Source: Spirochaetaceae bacterium
GTDB taxonomy: Bacteria > Spirochaetota > Spirochaetia > DSM-2461
Direction of reading: 5' to 3'
Length of the DNA stretch: 64,000 nucleotides
Assembly (NCBI GenBank): GCA_051531975.1
Contig: JAOPTT010000009.1
Coordinates: 96,001-160,000 of the forward strand
Shown here: positions 40,650 to 51,990 of the stretch, piece by piece
Layout of the letters: each line of letters begins with the position of its first letter
Position numbering within the stretch: the stretch's first letter is position 1
Program-made: the position numbers and the translations under genes
The notes under the pieces: model-generated
The model's input: the letters and a program-made list of their open reading frames with translations, nothing else
Told to the model about the DNA's origin: nothing
The model's database searches: none

Positions 40650-42923
40650 ATGGACAATAAAAAAATCTACCGGAATTCTATAAATTCTCAAAAAATATAT
40701 TTTTTATATAATGCTATGAGAAGTAGCGTTATTGCTAATCTACTAGCATGCCTAATTGTAAGCTTTTTCCTATGGAATAAAATCCCAACAAAAAACCTAA
40801 TTATATGGGCAGGATCAATATCCTTTATCACTATCATTAGGTTAATAACTTATTACTTATTTAAAAACAGAAGTAATATTAACTTAAATTTTTTCTATAA
40901 ACTATTTTTTGTTTTAATGATAATAACAGCACTTTTATGGGGTTTTTCAGGGTTTATTATTTTCTCAACAAACAGTACTACAAATAGTGTTATTTTAATC
41001 TGCATTTTGGGTATATCTTTAGGATCAATATCTTCTCTTTCAAGTGATTTATATGCAATATATTCATATCAGACAGCACTTCTGATTCCAATTTTATTTA
41101 GACTTATTACATATAATAATGATCATAATACAACTTTGGCAGCACTAATATCTCTTTTTTATATTTTTATATTAGTTATTGGTACAAAGATTCAAAAAAC
41201 TATATTCCAAAATATTATGTTTAAAGAGAGGCATAAAAAAAATATTGAAGAACTACAGATCAGTGAAAGCAAATTTAAAACAATTTTTAACCATGCTCCT
41301 GTTGGTATTTTTTATTTTAATTCTGACCTTATAATATATGACTGTAATATGGAATTTTGTAAGATATTAGAGGCACCTAAAGAGAGTCTAATTGATTTAG
41401 ATATGCATAATCTAAAAGATAAAAGAGTCTTAAAAGCTATGAAAGATACTTTTATCTTTACAACAGGCTCATACGATGGTGAATATGTTACAACTTTAGC
41501 AGATCATAAAATATGGATTACTCTAAATTGCTCCCCTTCTTACGATGAAAATAACAATATTGTTGGAGCTGTGGGTATCGTTCAGGACAGAACAGAGATG
41601 CAACTTGCAGAAGAGAGAGTTTTACATTTAGCTTATCATGATAATTTAACGGCTTTACCAAATAGACTTTTATTAAAAGATCGAATCAAACAAGCATTAA
41701 CTCAGAATAAAAGAAGTAATTTTTATGGTGCTATTCTATTTCTTGATCTAGATAAATTTAAGTCAATAAACGATACATTAGGCCACTATATTGGGGATTT
41801 AATTTTAAAAGAGACTGCAGAAAGATTAAAATCCATCCTACGAACCGAGGATACTGTTGCAAGAATAGGTGGAGATGAATTTGTTATTTTATTACCTAAA
41901 TTACATGAGAGTGTGGATTCATCAATTGTTTCTGTTAATTTAGTTGCAGATAAAATACATAAAGTAATTAAGCAGCCATTTTACCATATTGAGAAAACAC
42001 TTTATACCTCAACAAGTATTGGTGTAAATATATTTTCCAATGATGAACAAACAATAGATGATCTTTTGAAAAATGCTGATACGGCTATGTATGAAGCAAA
42101 AAGTAATGGCAGAGGTAGTACCCACTTTTTTAGTAAAGAGATGAATGTTGAACTATCTAGAAGATTAGAATTAGAAAACAACTTAAGATTAGCTCTTGAA
42201 AACAATGAGTTAAAAACATTTTTCCAACCAATATATAACGGTATTACTCGTGAATTAGTAGGGGCTGAAACACTACTTCGTTGGGAGCATCCAGTAATGG
42301 GTATGATATCTCCAGTTGATTTTATACCATTAGCTGAAGAGACTAATTTGATTATTCCTATTGGTGAGTGGATAATAGAGCAGGTATGTAAAAAAATTGA
42401 TGAGTGGAGAGGGAAGTTTGTAAAAAAACTGAAATATATATCCATTAACGTATCAGTTAATCAACTAAGACAGGACAATTTTGTAGATATCATGCTTAAG
42501 TATACAACGTTATATAATATTCCAACAGAAATGATACTTCTAGAGATAACTGAGAGTATTTTGATTGGAAATTTTAACTTTGCAGCAAAAACTATCTCTA
42601 AACTTAGAAGCGAAGGTTTCCGTTTTGCATTAGATGACTTTGGAACAGGTTATTCATCTTTAACTTATTTAAAAAAATTAGAAATAGATGTAATTAAAAT
42701 AGACCGGGCATTTGTGCAAGATATTAATAACAACAAAAATGATGTTGCCCTTGTTGAGGCTATTTTATCTTTAGCTAATAACTTTAATATGGGTATTGTT
42801 GTAGAAGGTGTAGAAGAGACAAAACAGTTAAAGTTACTAACTTCCATGGGATGTACATATTTCCAAGGGTACTACTTTAGTAAACCTCTGCCAGCAAATG
42901 ATTTTCAGATATTATTAAATTAG
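40650..42923 (+). CDS. Membrane PAS-GGDEF-EAL protein (c-di-GMP turnover)
   Basis: N-terminal TMs, PAS, D.LT.LPNR, DLDKFK.IND, RIGGDEF; ETLLRW, LEITE, DDFGTGYSSL, EGVE. Confidence 0.95.
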   Translation: MDNKKIYRNSINSQKIYFLYNAMRSSVIANLLACLIVSFFLWNKIPTKNLIIWAGSISFITIIRLITYYLFKNRSNINLNFFYKLFFVLMIITALLWGFSGFIIFSTNSTTNSVILICILGISLGSISSLSSDLYAIYSYQTALLIPILFRLITYNNDHNTTLAALISLFYIFILVIGTKIQKTIFQNIMFKERHKKNIEELQISESKFKTIFNHAPVGIFYFNSDLIIYDCNMEFCKILEAPKESLIDLDMHNLKDKRVLKAMKDTFIFTTGSYDGEYVTTLADHKIWITLNCSPSYDENNNIVGAVGIVQDRTEMQLAEERVLHLAYHDNLTALPNRLLLKDRIKQALTQNKRSNFYGAILFLDLDKFKSINDTLGHYIGDLILKETAERLKSILRTEDTVARIGGDEFVILLPKLHESVDSSIVSVNLVADKIHKVIKQPFYHIEKTLYTSTSIGVNIFSNDEQTIDDLLKNADTAMYEAKSNGRGSTHFFSKEMNVELSRRLELENNLRLALENNELKTFFQPIYNGITRELVGAETLLRWEHPVMGMISPVDFIPLAEETNLIIPIGEWIIEQVCKKIDEWRGKFVKKLKYISINVSVNQLRQDNFVDIMLKYTTLYNIPTEMILLEITESILIGNFNFAAKTISKLRSEGFRFALDDFGTGYSSLTYLKKLEIDVIKIDRAFVQDINNNKNDVALVEAILSLANNFNMGIVVEGVEETKQLKLLTSMGCTYFQGYYFSKPLPANDFQILLN

Positions 42924-43020
42924 AAATGCTACAGTTTATAACGTTAATATAATAGTAGTCCATTAACTAGAGTTTATTTACAAAGGTTCGGGACTCATTA
43001 AATAAATACAGGAGTTTTAT

Positions 43021-43437
43021 ATGAAGTTTTTACATACAATGATTCGGGTATTAGACCCTATTAAAACTATAGAGTTTTTTGAACTTTTAGGTTTAAAGGA
43101 GACAAGAAGAAAAGACGTCCCTGGAGGTAAGTTTACTCTTATCTTTTTAGCAGTATCTCCAGGAGAACCAGAAATTGAGTTAACCCATAATTGGGATCAG
43201 ACAAAAGAGTATACTGGTGGAAGAAATTTTGGACATTTAGCATTTGCAGTTGATAATATTTATGAAACTTGTCAGAGACTTAAAGATAGTGGTGTAGAAA
43301 TTTTAAGACCACCAAGAGATGGACATATGGCATTTGTACGTTCCCCAGATTTGATATCTATAGAGATATTACAGGAAGGTAAAACTTTAGAACCTATAGA
43401 GCCATGGTTAAGTATGCCTAATCAAGGTGAATGGTAA
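43021..43437 (+). CDS. gloA: Lactoylglutathione lyase / VOC family
   Basis: [36 protein letters not shown]. Confidence 0.8.
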   Translation: MKFLHTMIRVLDPIKTIEFFELLGLKETRRKDVPGGKFTLIFLAVSPGEPEIELTHNWDQTKEYTGGRNFGHLAFAVDNIYETCQRLKDSGVEILRPPRDGHMAFVRSPDLISIEILQEGKTLEPIEPWLSMPNQGEW

Positions 43438-43484
43438 TTAAAAATCTTGTAGAATATATGTAACCTTTAATTTCCCTATTTGTA

Positions 43485-43513
43485 TTGACGACAAAACAAA
43501 CTGAAGTTATTAT
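43485..43513 (+). promoter_or_regulatory. Sigma70-type promoter of the deacetylase gene
   Basis: TTGACG, 17 nt, TATTAT; AGGAG SD follows. Confidence 0.65.
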
Positions 43514-43529
43514 GACTTAGGAGTTTTTA

Positions 43530-44468
43530 ATGAGTAATAATAAACCAATGTTTGTGTCTTTTGGATTTGACGATAATGGCTTTTCAGGAGTTTCAGCCCC
43601 TAATGATGTAGGTGGTGTAAAATGGGCATCAGAACTATTTAAAAAATATGGAAGTGCTTCATTTTTTTTAGCGACTCATTTCATAACCGGGGAAGTTCCG
43701 GATTCTGAACCAGCAGAACTTGTTTTAGAGCAGTGGGAATGTTTATTAAAAAATGGTCACGATGTAGGGAACCATACACATTCACACTCCTATGGTACAG
43801 ATTACTCTCCAGAACAGTGGGAAGCAGAGATTTTAAAGTGCGAAAACTTATTAACTTCAGCTCCTCCAGTGGGAATAGGTCATAAAAAAGAGAACCTTAT
43901 TGGTTTTAGAACTCCTTATTTAGCAGAGAACAGACACACACTACCTACTGTAGAAAAACTTGGTTATAGATATGACTGCTCTTTAGAAGAAGGTTGGGAC
44001 AGTGAATTTGATGGTACAAATTTCGAATGGCCATCTAAGATCGGTAAAATGTGGGAAATGCCATGTTATCCAGTTATCATTCCCCCAGATGAATTATGTG
44101 AAAAGTATGGCGTGGAGAAAGGTTTTAGGGCATCAAAGGATGGAATAGGACCAGATGATGAACCATTTGATGTTGAAGACGGTAAAATTACAGGCCTAGA
44201 TTATAACATGTTAGTCTCCTTCAAAATGAATAAAAAAGAGTTTTTAGCAACCTTAAAGTATACTTTCGACTTAAGGATAAATGGAAACAGATGCCCTATG
44301 CTAATTGGAGCGCATACAGATTTTTATGTTCCATGTTTTGATTTGGCACCAAATATAAATGCAAAAGAGATGAGAGATGTTATTGAAGAGTTTTTAGCCT
44401 ATGTAAAAACATTTAAAGATGTGCAAATTATCTCGTTTAGGGATGTTATCAGTTGGATGGAAAAGTAA
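43530..44468 (+). CDS. Polysaccharide deacetylase (CE4/NodB-like)
   Basis: FGFDD, GNHTHSH, GFRTPYL, YDCS, GAH. Confidence 0.85.
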   Translation: MSNNKPMFVSFGFDDNGFSGVSAPNDVGGVKWASELFKKYGSASFFLATHFITGEVPDSEPAELVLEQWECLLKNGHDVGNHTHSHSYGTDYSPEQWEAEILKCENLLTSAPPVGIGHKKENLIGFRTPYLAENRHTLPTVEKLGYRYDCSLEEGWDSEFDGTNFEWPSKIGKMWEMPCYPVIIPPDELCEKYGVEKGFRASKDGIGPDDEPFDVEDGKITGLDYNMLVSFKMNKKEFLATLKYTFDLRINGNRCPMLIGAHTDFYVPCFDLAPNINAKEMRDVIEEFLAYVKTFKDVQIISFRDVISWMEK

Positions 44469-44618
44469 AAATACTTCGCTGAAACTAATAATATACTAAG
44501 GTGTAAATAATAAATATTTAACATATAAAAAGAGGAATCATAAAAGTTATATATTTTTTATATTAGTTTCTTTATATATTTCTTTGAATGTGTTGGCTTT
44601 AACACCTATAATGACTGT

Positions 44619-46145
44619 ATGACAGACTTTGATTCAACATATAATTATAATAAAAACAAATATAATCCCCACATCCCTCCTCTTAAAAATAAACTAAAAA
44701 GAGCAGGGATTTTCCCTTATTTGTTTATAGAAAAAAAGAAGATAAAAAAGTGGAACAAAAAAGCTGGTTTCATAGATTTTACTTCTCTAAGCACAAAGTT
44801 GACACTTAATAGAGAGTTTAAGGAACAATTTGATAAACTATTTCTTGACCACTTATTTCAAATATCTAAACATCTAGATGAGATTTTAAAAAATGGTTGG
44901 AAATTAAAATTTATCTCTATCTGGGAATACAATGTTATGGTCAATTTTAAAGACTTTTATGACAAGTTTTACCAGGTAATAAAGGAAGAGGAGATTTTAA
45001 AAGAGGATTTTTTAAGGCTTGAAAGAGCATATGTTAAAATTTCATACCGGGGAAGTTATTCTGATACCATAATATCCGTATTTGTTAGATACCTTAAGAG
45101 ATATAACAAATTCTACGAAGATAGTCAGGAAAAGTATGATAATATTTTAGCCAGACTAGAATTGTTCTTTAAAATTGATCCATCAGTTAGCTCGTTAAGA
45201 GAATTAATACTTACATATAATATTGTGAAATATAGGGTCGGTTATAAGTGGGGAGATGTTTTTCCACCTCTTGGTCATGATATTGTACAAAATGAGTGGT
45301 ATAACTGTAGTAAAGAAGTTTTCGAGAATATGTTTGGTTATTATAAAAGTCTTAAAAAGACTATTAAAGAACTTAAAGTTGAGAATGAAGAACTATTACG
45401 TTTCAAGAATAACTGTAACATTGATAAAAGTAAGACTCCACCAATACTAATGGAATATTATGAAGAGTTAGGTCATAGTTGGGATAAAGATAAGTCTAAT
45501 TACCATTTAATGTTTCTATTTTTAGCAGAAGGAATAATTAAAGACTTAGATTCCCTAATATTTAAGTCTTGGTATCTTCTAAAAGAGAATGAAGTTGAAG
45601 TCCATCAGCGTCTTATATCCGATAATGAACTACCTCAACTTCATCGAAATCTTGATAGAGAGTTTAAAATGGCATTTAACTATTTTGATGCAGATACTTC
45701 GGTTGGAATATCTGTTGATGTATTTAAGAAACTTGATAGTCCTGAACTAGCTACAAACTCTACAAAACAGAAGAAGATGCTTATTTGCTTCACAGAAATA
45801 CTAAAAATAATATTTGAAATATCACAAATACTTCTTTCTTATGGTGATGTTGCTATAGAAACTAACTATGCTAACTTCCCATACTTAAAATATATGTTAA
45901 ACGCTCCTAAATTATGGACAGGTAAGCCAGTTTTTGCCCTATTTAATTACAATATTGAACTGTTGTGGACCTTTTGTTCATTTTTTCGCCATAATACATT
46001 CGATAATTTAGAACATCGGTTAATAGAAATTAGTAAAACTCTAAATAACTTAACTGAAGAGAAAAAGAGAATAGATACATATAATATTATTGATAATGCA
46101 ATTAACCCAAAGACCACCCCTCAGGATCCTAAAAGTGATAAATAG
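44619..46145 (+). CDS. Hypothetical helical protein
   Basis: 508-aa ORF with no recognised motif; TTGAAT-17-TATAAT 6 nt upstream of ATG. Confidence 0.75.
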   Translation: MTDFDSTYNYNKNKYNPHIPPLKNKLKRAGIFPYLFIEKKKIKKWNKKAGFIDFTSLSTKLTLNREFKEQFDKLFLDHLFQISKHLDEILKNGWKLKFISIWEYNVMVNFKDFYDKFYQVIKEEEILKEDFLRLERAYVKISYRGSYSDTIISVFVRYLKRYNKFYEDSQEKYDNILARLELFFKIDPSVSSLRELILTYNIVKYRVGYKWGDVFPPLGHDIVQNEWYNCSKEVFENMFGYYKSLKKTIKELKVENEELLRFKNNCNIDKSKTPPILMEYYEELGHSWDKDKSNYHLMFLFLAEGIIKDLDSLIFKSWYLLKENEVEVHQRLISDNELPQLHRNLDREFKMAFNYFDADTSVGISVDVFKKLDSPELATNSTKQKKMLICFTEILKIIFEISQILLSYGDVAIETNYANFPYLKYMLNAPKLWTGKPVFALFNYNIELLWTFCSFFRHNTFDNLEHRLIEISKTLNNLTEEKKRIDTYNIIDNAINPKTTPQDPKSDK

Positions 46146-46536
46146 GTATAAACTTAGCAGCTTATACTCTTTTACTAAGATATTAGTGGTAGATGATGTT
46201 TTTTATCTGAAGCGTACTATATCTAACATTTTGACAGATGCTGGTTATTTCGTTTTATCAGCATCATCTGGTACTGAAGCAATAGAGAAGTTTAAGAAGT
46301 ACAGCCCAGATTTTATTGCCACAAGTGAAACATTATGTGATATGACAGCCTTAGATCTGATTTTAAGGATTCGGGAAGAAGAAGAGGTAAAAAGAACTAG
46401 GTTTATATTTGTCTCAGCTAGAAAGGACACTGATAGACTTAGACCAGAACTCACCGATCTTATAGATATTATTGCAACAGTTCCAATTAACAAGTTTGAG
46501 TTAGAGTTGTCTATTAAGGATTTTTTACCTAAATAA
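46135..46536 (+). CDS. Single-domain atypical response regulator (pseudo-receiver)
   Basis: KILVVDD, L..AGY.V..A.SG.EA, FVSA. Phosphoacceptor Asp and conserved Lys are not evident. Start uncertain (GTG 46135 or TTG 46090). Confidence 0.7.
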   Translation: MINRYKLSSLYSFTKILVVDDVFYLKRTISNILTDAGYFVLSASSGTEAIEKFKKYSPDFIATSETLCDMTALDLILRIREEEEVKRTRFIFVSARKDTDRLRPELTDLIDIIATVPINKFELELSIKDFLPK

Positions 46537-46650
46537 AACAGACTTATCAATATAATCTAGACCTACAAGATAGCAATCAAACATATATTAAAATTATATG
46601 TTTATGCAATTTTAATATCTTTTTCTGAAGTAATCTGTGATAATAAATCT

Positions 46651-47868
46651 ATGAAAGTTTTACACACCTCGGATTGGCACTTAGGTCGTTCATTATATGG
46701 AAAAACTAGGTATAAAGAGTTCTCAGATTTTTTAGACTGGTTAATTGAAACTATTACATCTGGGGATATCGGTATTCTGTTAGTTGCAGGGGATATTTTT
46801 GATACTACAACTCCAGGAAATAGAGCCCAGGAGCTTTATTATAATTTTCTATTTAATATATCTAAAACATGTTGTCGGCACATTGTTATAACAGCAGGAA
46901 ATCATGACTCTCCATCTTTTTTAAGTGCTCCTAAATCTCTTTTAAAGTTTTTAAATGTACATGTAATTGGATCATTAACTTCTGATATTAAAGATGAAGT
47001 AATACAGTTATACGATAAACAAAATAATTTAGAAGCTATAATTTGTGCAGTCCCATATTTAAGAGATAAAGATATAAGAACAGTTGAACTTGCAGAGAGT
47101 TCAGATGATAAAAATAGAAACCTAATTAATGCAATGTTAATACACTATAAAGATGTTTGTGATTATGCATTAACATTAAAAAAGATCAATACTCCAATTA
47201 TTGCAATGGGACATCTTTTTGCAACAGGTGGTAAAACTCTAGATGGTGATGGAGTTCGAGAACTCTATGTTGGTTCTTTAGCTCATATTGGTGCCGAACT
47301 GTTTCCAAGTTATTTAGACTATGTTGCCCTTGGACATCTACATGTACCACAGAAAATTGGTGGTTTAGAACACATTAGATATTCAGGTTCACCTATACCT
47401 ATGGGGTTTGGGGAAGCGGCTCAACAGAAGATTGTATTAGTTGTCGACTTTAAATCTTCAGAGAGATTAATAAATAAGATAAATGTTCCATGTTTTCAAC
47501 CATTAAAAAGAATTACAGGAAACTTGGAAAAGATAATATCTGGAATTACAGAACTTAAAGATCTACATAATGACGCTTGGTTAGAAATCGAGTTTACAGG
47601 AACAGAGATTGTTCCAAATATTCAGGAGCTATTAGAAGAAGCCATAACCGGCAGTAAAATGGAAATAAGGTGTATTAAAAACAGACGTTTAGTACAAAGA
47701 GTTATGGATATCCAAGATATAAATGAGACCCTAGATGACCTGAATACCACGGATGTTTTTAACAGATGTTTAAATGTTCATAATATTACTGCTGATGATA
47801 AAGTTTTACTATCAGAGCTATATTCCCAGATTATTACCTCTATAGAAGAGGAGGATGTTAACCTATGA
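46651..47868 (+). CDS. sbcD: Nuclease SbcCD subunit D
   Basis: HTSDWHLG, AGDIFD, AGNHDS, MGHLF, ALGHLH, YSGSP. Confidence 0.95.
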   Translation: MKVLHTSDWHLGRSLYGKTRYKEFSDFLDWLIETITSGDIGILLVAGDIFDTTTPGNRAQELYYNFLFNISKTCCRHIVITAGNHDSPSFLSAPKSLLKFLNVHVIGSLTSDIKDEVIQLYDKQNNLEAIICAVPYLRDKDIRTVELAESSDDKNRNLINAMLIHYKDVCDYALTLKKINTPIIAMGHLFATGGKTLDGDGVRELYVGSLAHIGAELFPSYLDYVALGHLHVPQKIGGLEHIRYSGSPIPMGFGEAAQQKIVLVVDFKSSERLINKINVPCFQPLKRITGNLEKIISGITELKDLHNDAWLEIEFTGTEIVPNIQELLEEAITGSKMEIRCIKNRRLVQRVMDIQDINETLDDLNTTDVFNRCLNVHNITADDKVLLSELYSQIITSIEEEDVNL

Positions 47869-50800
47869 AAATATTAGGATTGCGTTTTAAAAACCTAAAC
47901 TCTTTATATGGTGAATGGTCCATTGATTTTACTGATGAAGAATATATATCTAACGGTATTTTTGCAATTACAGGACAAACTGGGGCTGGGAAATCCACAA
48001 TTTTAGACGCGATCTGTTTGGCTCTGTATGGTTCAACACCAAGGCTTAATTTAATTACTAAAAGTTCCAACGAGATAATGTCTAGACAGACAGGGGATTG
48101 TTATGCAGAGGTTATATTTAAGGTTAACGATGGCATTTTTAGATGTCATTGGAGCCAACATAGAGCTAGAAAAAAAGCTGATGGAAAACTTGGAGATTCA
48201 GTACATGAAATATCCGATGTTAACACTGGAAAAGTACTAGAAAGTAAAAAGAAAGATGTTGCCCGTGCTGTAATTGAAAAAACAGGAATGGATTTAGATC
48301 GATTTACAAGGTCAATTTTATTAGCTCAAGGTGGATTTACGGCTTTCTTAAAGGCAACCGCCGACGAGAGAGCACCTATTTTAGAGCAGATAACTGGAAC
48401 TGAGATCTACAGTACGATCTCTATAAAAATACATGAGAAACAAAAATCTGAACAAGAGAAACTTACAATTTTAGCAGCGGAAACTAAGGGTATAACTTTT
48501 TTAACCTCCGAGGAAGAGGTTGCATTAAACCAAGACCTAGAAGGTAAGATTACTTTAGAAAGCAAAGTCTCAGCACATCATAATGAACTTAATAGAATGA
48601 TTAATTGGTTAACCGGTATAGATTCTCTAAGAAATGAGTCTAAAATCTTAAAAACCGATTATGAAAAAGTTAAAACAGACATCGAGATCTTTAAGCCTAA
48701 TAAAAACCGACTGTTATTGGCCAATAAAGCTTCTGAGTTAGATGGAATTTATACAGAATTAACTACATTAAGACAACTGCAGGATCATGATACAAAGTTC
48801 TTAAACAATAATTTAACCTTTATTCCTAAACTAAAATCTACTGTAAAAGAAAAAACTACAAAACTTGAAGTCAATGAGCAAAAGTTAACTAAACTACAAG
48901 AAGAGTACAAACTTGAGCTTGGTTTAATAAACAGGGTTCAAGAGCTTGATATAAAAATTGACCAGAATGTAAGTAGTCTTAAGATAACTAATAATGAGTT
49001 AAAAGAGATTGTAGATCGGGTGAACTTAAATAGAGAAAATGTAAAAAACATCAGTCTTAAAAAAGTTGGTCTACAAAAAGAGTTCGAGGATATTAATAGT
49101 TTTTTAGAAAAGTTTGATTATAGTATATTAAATCAAAAGCTAGGTGGAATTAAGTTATTATCAGACGGTATCACAAATATAAAAACAGATTTAATTAACA
49201 AGGAATTAGTTTCTAATAAGTTAAATATATCTAATGGTCAAATAAATAGTAAATTCCAGACTGAAATGGTTATTTTAAAAGGTCTTGAAAGTCAGAAAGA
49301 AGAGTATATCCTTGCCATAAAAGATCAAAAAAAATCAATGGAAGATCTTCTAAATGGTAAACTTTTACGTGAGTATCAAAACGAATTAAAATCTTTACGA
49401 GAGAAAAGGTTGCTTCTTGCTAAAATATCATCTTTAGAAGTTGCTAGGGATCAGTTAAAAGATGGCTTAGAGTGCCCACTATGTGGTTCTAAGGAGCACC
49501 CTTTTGCAGTAGGTAATATACCAGAAGTTAGTTCTGTTGATGGTGAAATAAAATCTATAGAACTACTAATTTATAATCATGAGGAATTTGATACAAAGCT
49601 AAAAGATCTAGAAGTTAAACTTACAGGGATTACAAATAAAATAACTGATGCCGAGAAGAACTTAATAAAAACTAAAAGTGAACAGAATGAGATAGAAAAT
49701 AACTTAAAAAGGGAGCAGTTAGAACTTTCAGAGTTAAAATCTCGCTTTAATTCCAGTTTTGAGGCTCTAGGGATAGAATTAAAACCATATGATATCGAAT
49801 TAAAAGAAGTTGATGATACGACTGCTACTGTTTTAGACCTTAGCCAAAGGGTTTTTAAATGGCAAACCAGTAAAGAGAAGTTTGATAGTTTTACATCTAA
49901 GACTCTAGAGTTAAATAGTAAAATAGATCAGTTAGAAGCTGTTTTTAAAACAGAGGAAACTAGTCGATTAAAAAAAGAACAATCCTTAGAGATAGTTAAA
50001 ATAGAGTTAAAAGATAACCAGAATAATCGTAGAGAGTTATATGAAGATAAGGTTCCAGCTAGAGAGCAAAGTCAATTTGAAACATTGATAACTCAGGCAG
50101 AATCAAATATCAAAACTTCAAGGGATTCTAAGGTTTTGGAATCAAATAAACTTTTAGAATTAGATACTCAAAATAGATCGTTGAATAATCAAATATCTGA
50201 CAGGGAAGATGCTTTAAGGGAGAAAGAACTTGTATTTTTGGAAGAGTATAAATCTAGAGACTTTCTAATAGAATTAGACTTCGTTAACGTTAGATTAAGC
50301 AGTCAGGAACGGGAACATTTATTGTCTAAAGATAGACAATTAGAAAACCTTTTTAATACAACTTCAACTAGAATAAAGGATAGAGAAGAAACCCTACAAA
50401 AAGAGTTAAAAAGAGAGTTAACCACACTATCTATGTTAGAGCTTCAGACAGAGTTAATTGTTAATTCTACTGATGTTAAAAAACTAGGTGGAGAGATAGG
50501 TGCTATTAAAGAGAGACTAGATAATAATGCTCTAGCTATTAAACGATTAGATCAAAAAAGAGAGTTTATAGAACAGCAGCAATTAATAGTAGAAAAATGG
50601 TTAAAACTCCATAGTTTAATTGGTTCTGCCGACGGTAAAAAGTTTAGAAATTTTGCCCAAGGTTTAACTTTTGAACTTATGGTTTCCCACGCAAATAAGC
50701 AGTTAATAAGTATGACTGATAGATATATTTTAGTACGGGATAAAGAGAAGCCTTTAGAACTAAATGTAATAGATAACTATCAGGCAGGAGAGGAGAGGTC

Positions 50801-51110
50801 TACTAAAAACCTATCTGGAGGGGAGAGTTTTATTATTAGTTTATCCCTGGCTTTAGGTCTCTCTAATATGGCTAGTAACCGAGTAAAAGTTGATTCTCTG
50901 TTTTTAGATGAAGGCTTTGGTACATTAGATGAGGAAGCCTTAGAGACAGCTTTAGAAACCCTGTCTGGGCTTCATCAAACTGGTAAGTTAATTGGAATAA
51001 TTTCTCATATTCCAGCATTAAAAGATAGAATTAGCACCCAAATTCAGGTGTCTAAGGGTTCTGGTGGCCGAGGGACTATAAGTGGTCCTGGTTGTAAAAG
51101 GGTGGAGTAA
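47865..51110 (+). CDS. sbcC: Nuclease SbcCD subunit C
   Basis: GQTGAGKST, LAQGGF, coiled coil with CPLCGS zinc hook, LSGGE, FLDEGFGTLD. Confidence 0.95.
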   Translation: MKILGLRFKNLNSLYGEWSIDFTDEEYISNGIFAITGQTGAGKSTILDAICLALYGSTPRLNLITKSSNEIMSRQTGDCYAEVIFKVNDGIFRCHWSQHRARKKADGKLGDSVHEISDVNTGKVLESKKKDVARAVIEKTGMDLDRFTRSILLAQGGFTAFLKATADERAPILEQITGTEIYSTISIKIHEKQKSEQEKLTILAAETKGITFLTSEEEVALNQDLEGKITLESKVSAHHNELNRMINWLTGIDSLRNESKILKTDYEKVKTDIEIFKPNKNRLLLANKASELDGIYTELTTLRQLQDHDTKFLNNNLTFIPKLKSTVKEKTTKLEVNEQKLTKLQEEYKLELGLINRVQELDIKIDQNVSSLKITNNELKEIVDRVNLNRENVKNISLKKVGLQKEFEDINSFLEKFDYSILNQKLGGIKLLSDGITNIKTDLINKELVSNKLNISNGQINSKFQTEMVILKGLESQKEEYILAIKDQKKSMEDLLNGKLLREYQNELKSLREKRLLLAKISSLEVARDQLKDGLECPLCGSKEHPFAVGNIPEVSSVDGEIKSIELLIYNHEEFDTKLKDLEVKLTGITNKITDAEKNLIKTKSEQNEIENNLKREQLELSELKSRFNSSFEALGIELKPYDIELKEVDDTTATVLDLSQRVFKWQTSKEKFDSFTSKTLELNSKIDQLEAVFKTEETSRLKKEQSLEIVKIELKDNQNNRRELYEDKVPAREQSQFETLITQAESNIKTSRDSKVLESNKLLELDTQNRSLNNQISDREDALREKELVFLEEYKSRDFLIELDFVNVRLSSQEREHLLSKDRQLENLFNTTSTRIKDREETLQKELKRELTTLSMLELQTELIVNSTDVKKLGGEIGAIKERLDNNALAIKRLDQKREFIEQQQLIVEKWLKLHSLIGSADGKKFRNFAQGLTFELMVSHANKQLISMTDRYILVRDKEKPLELNVIDNYQAGEERSTKNLSGGESFIISLSLALGLSNMASNRVKVDSLFLDEGFGTLDEEALETALETLSGLHQTGKLIGIISHIPALKDRISTQIQVSKGSGGRGTISGPGCKRVE

Positions 51111-51928
51111 TGAAAAAGAGAGTTGCAGTAATTATGAGTCAAAGTTCTAGTGTTTTAAAGTGTGTAAAACATTATAAAGACGATGTGGATTTTATACTTA
51201 TCGGTAATATTCTAGAGACAAAAGAAAAAGCAAAATCTTTAGACCTGGACCTTAACAGCTTTGAACTAATTAATGAGTGTAATGATACCCATGCTTGTGA
51301 TTTAGGCTCTTCTTTAATAGTTAATAACAGAGCAGATATAATAATGAAAGGAATTGTTCATACAGGGACTTTTATGAAATCTCTTTTTAGTCATAAAACA
51401 TCCTTAATTAGTCTTGTTTCCAGGTTTGAAATACCTACATATCACAAACCACTGTATATTACAGATGCTGGTATTAACATATCTCCAAATCTAGAACAAA
51501 AAATACAAATACTTCAGAACTCAATAGATGTTGTTAAATCTTTAGGAGTTATTAATCCAAAAGTTGCATGTATATGTCCTGTTGAAGTTGTTAATAGTAA
51601 GTTACAAAGTACAGTTGATGCAAAAGCACTATCAGATATGGAATTTACTAATACTATTGTAGAAGGGCCAATATCCTTTGACATTGCTGTATCTAAAAAA
51701 GCTGCTGATATAAAAGGATTTAACAGTGAAATATCCGGGGATGTAGATATACTTTTAATGCCAGATTTAAACTCATCAAATCCACTTTATAAATCTTTAA
51801 CACTCTTTGCAAATGCTAAGGTTTCAAGTGTTGTTGCAGGGCTTAGTTTTCCTGTTGTTTTAACTTCCAGAGCGGATAGTACTCAGGTTAAAATTGACTC
51901 TTTAAAGTTAGCTTTAGATATGAAATAG
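51110..51928 (+). CDS. ptb: Phosphate butyryltransferase-like acyltransferase
   Basis: MKG.VHT, TDAGIN..P, EGPISFD.A.S, PVVLTSRAD; TAATG coupling to sbcC. Confidence 0.75.
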   Translation: MKKRVAVIMSQSSSVLKCVKHYKDDVDFILIGNILETKEKAKSLDLDLNSFELINECNDTHACDLGSSLIVNNRADIIMKGIVHTGTFMKSLFSHKTSLISLVSRFEIPTYHKPLYITDAGINISPNLEQKIQILQNSIDVVKSLGVINPKVACICPVEVVNSKLQSTVDAKALSDMEFTNTIVEGPISFDIAVSKKAADIKGFNSEISGDVDILLMPDLNSSNPLYKSLTLFANAKVSSVVAGLSFPVVLTSRADSTQVKIDSLKLALDMK

Positions 51929-51990
51929 TAAAAATTAAATTATAAAATAAAGTGCTGTATTAGATTTAAGAATTAATATACTGTGTATTG

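Noticed and set aside
42924..43020. Possible riboswitch or structured leader before gloA (TTTATTTA/TAAATAAA, AGTCC/GGACT)
   Set aside because: Short AT-rich pairings expected by chance; no match to a riboswitch consensus I recognise.
46651..51110. SbcCD or RecBCD as a novel defence system (Wadjet/Lamassu/Gabija-like)
   Set aside because: All motifs and gene orders are those of canonical repair complexes, with no extra effector genes.
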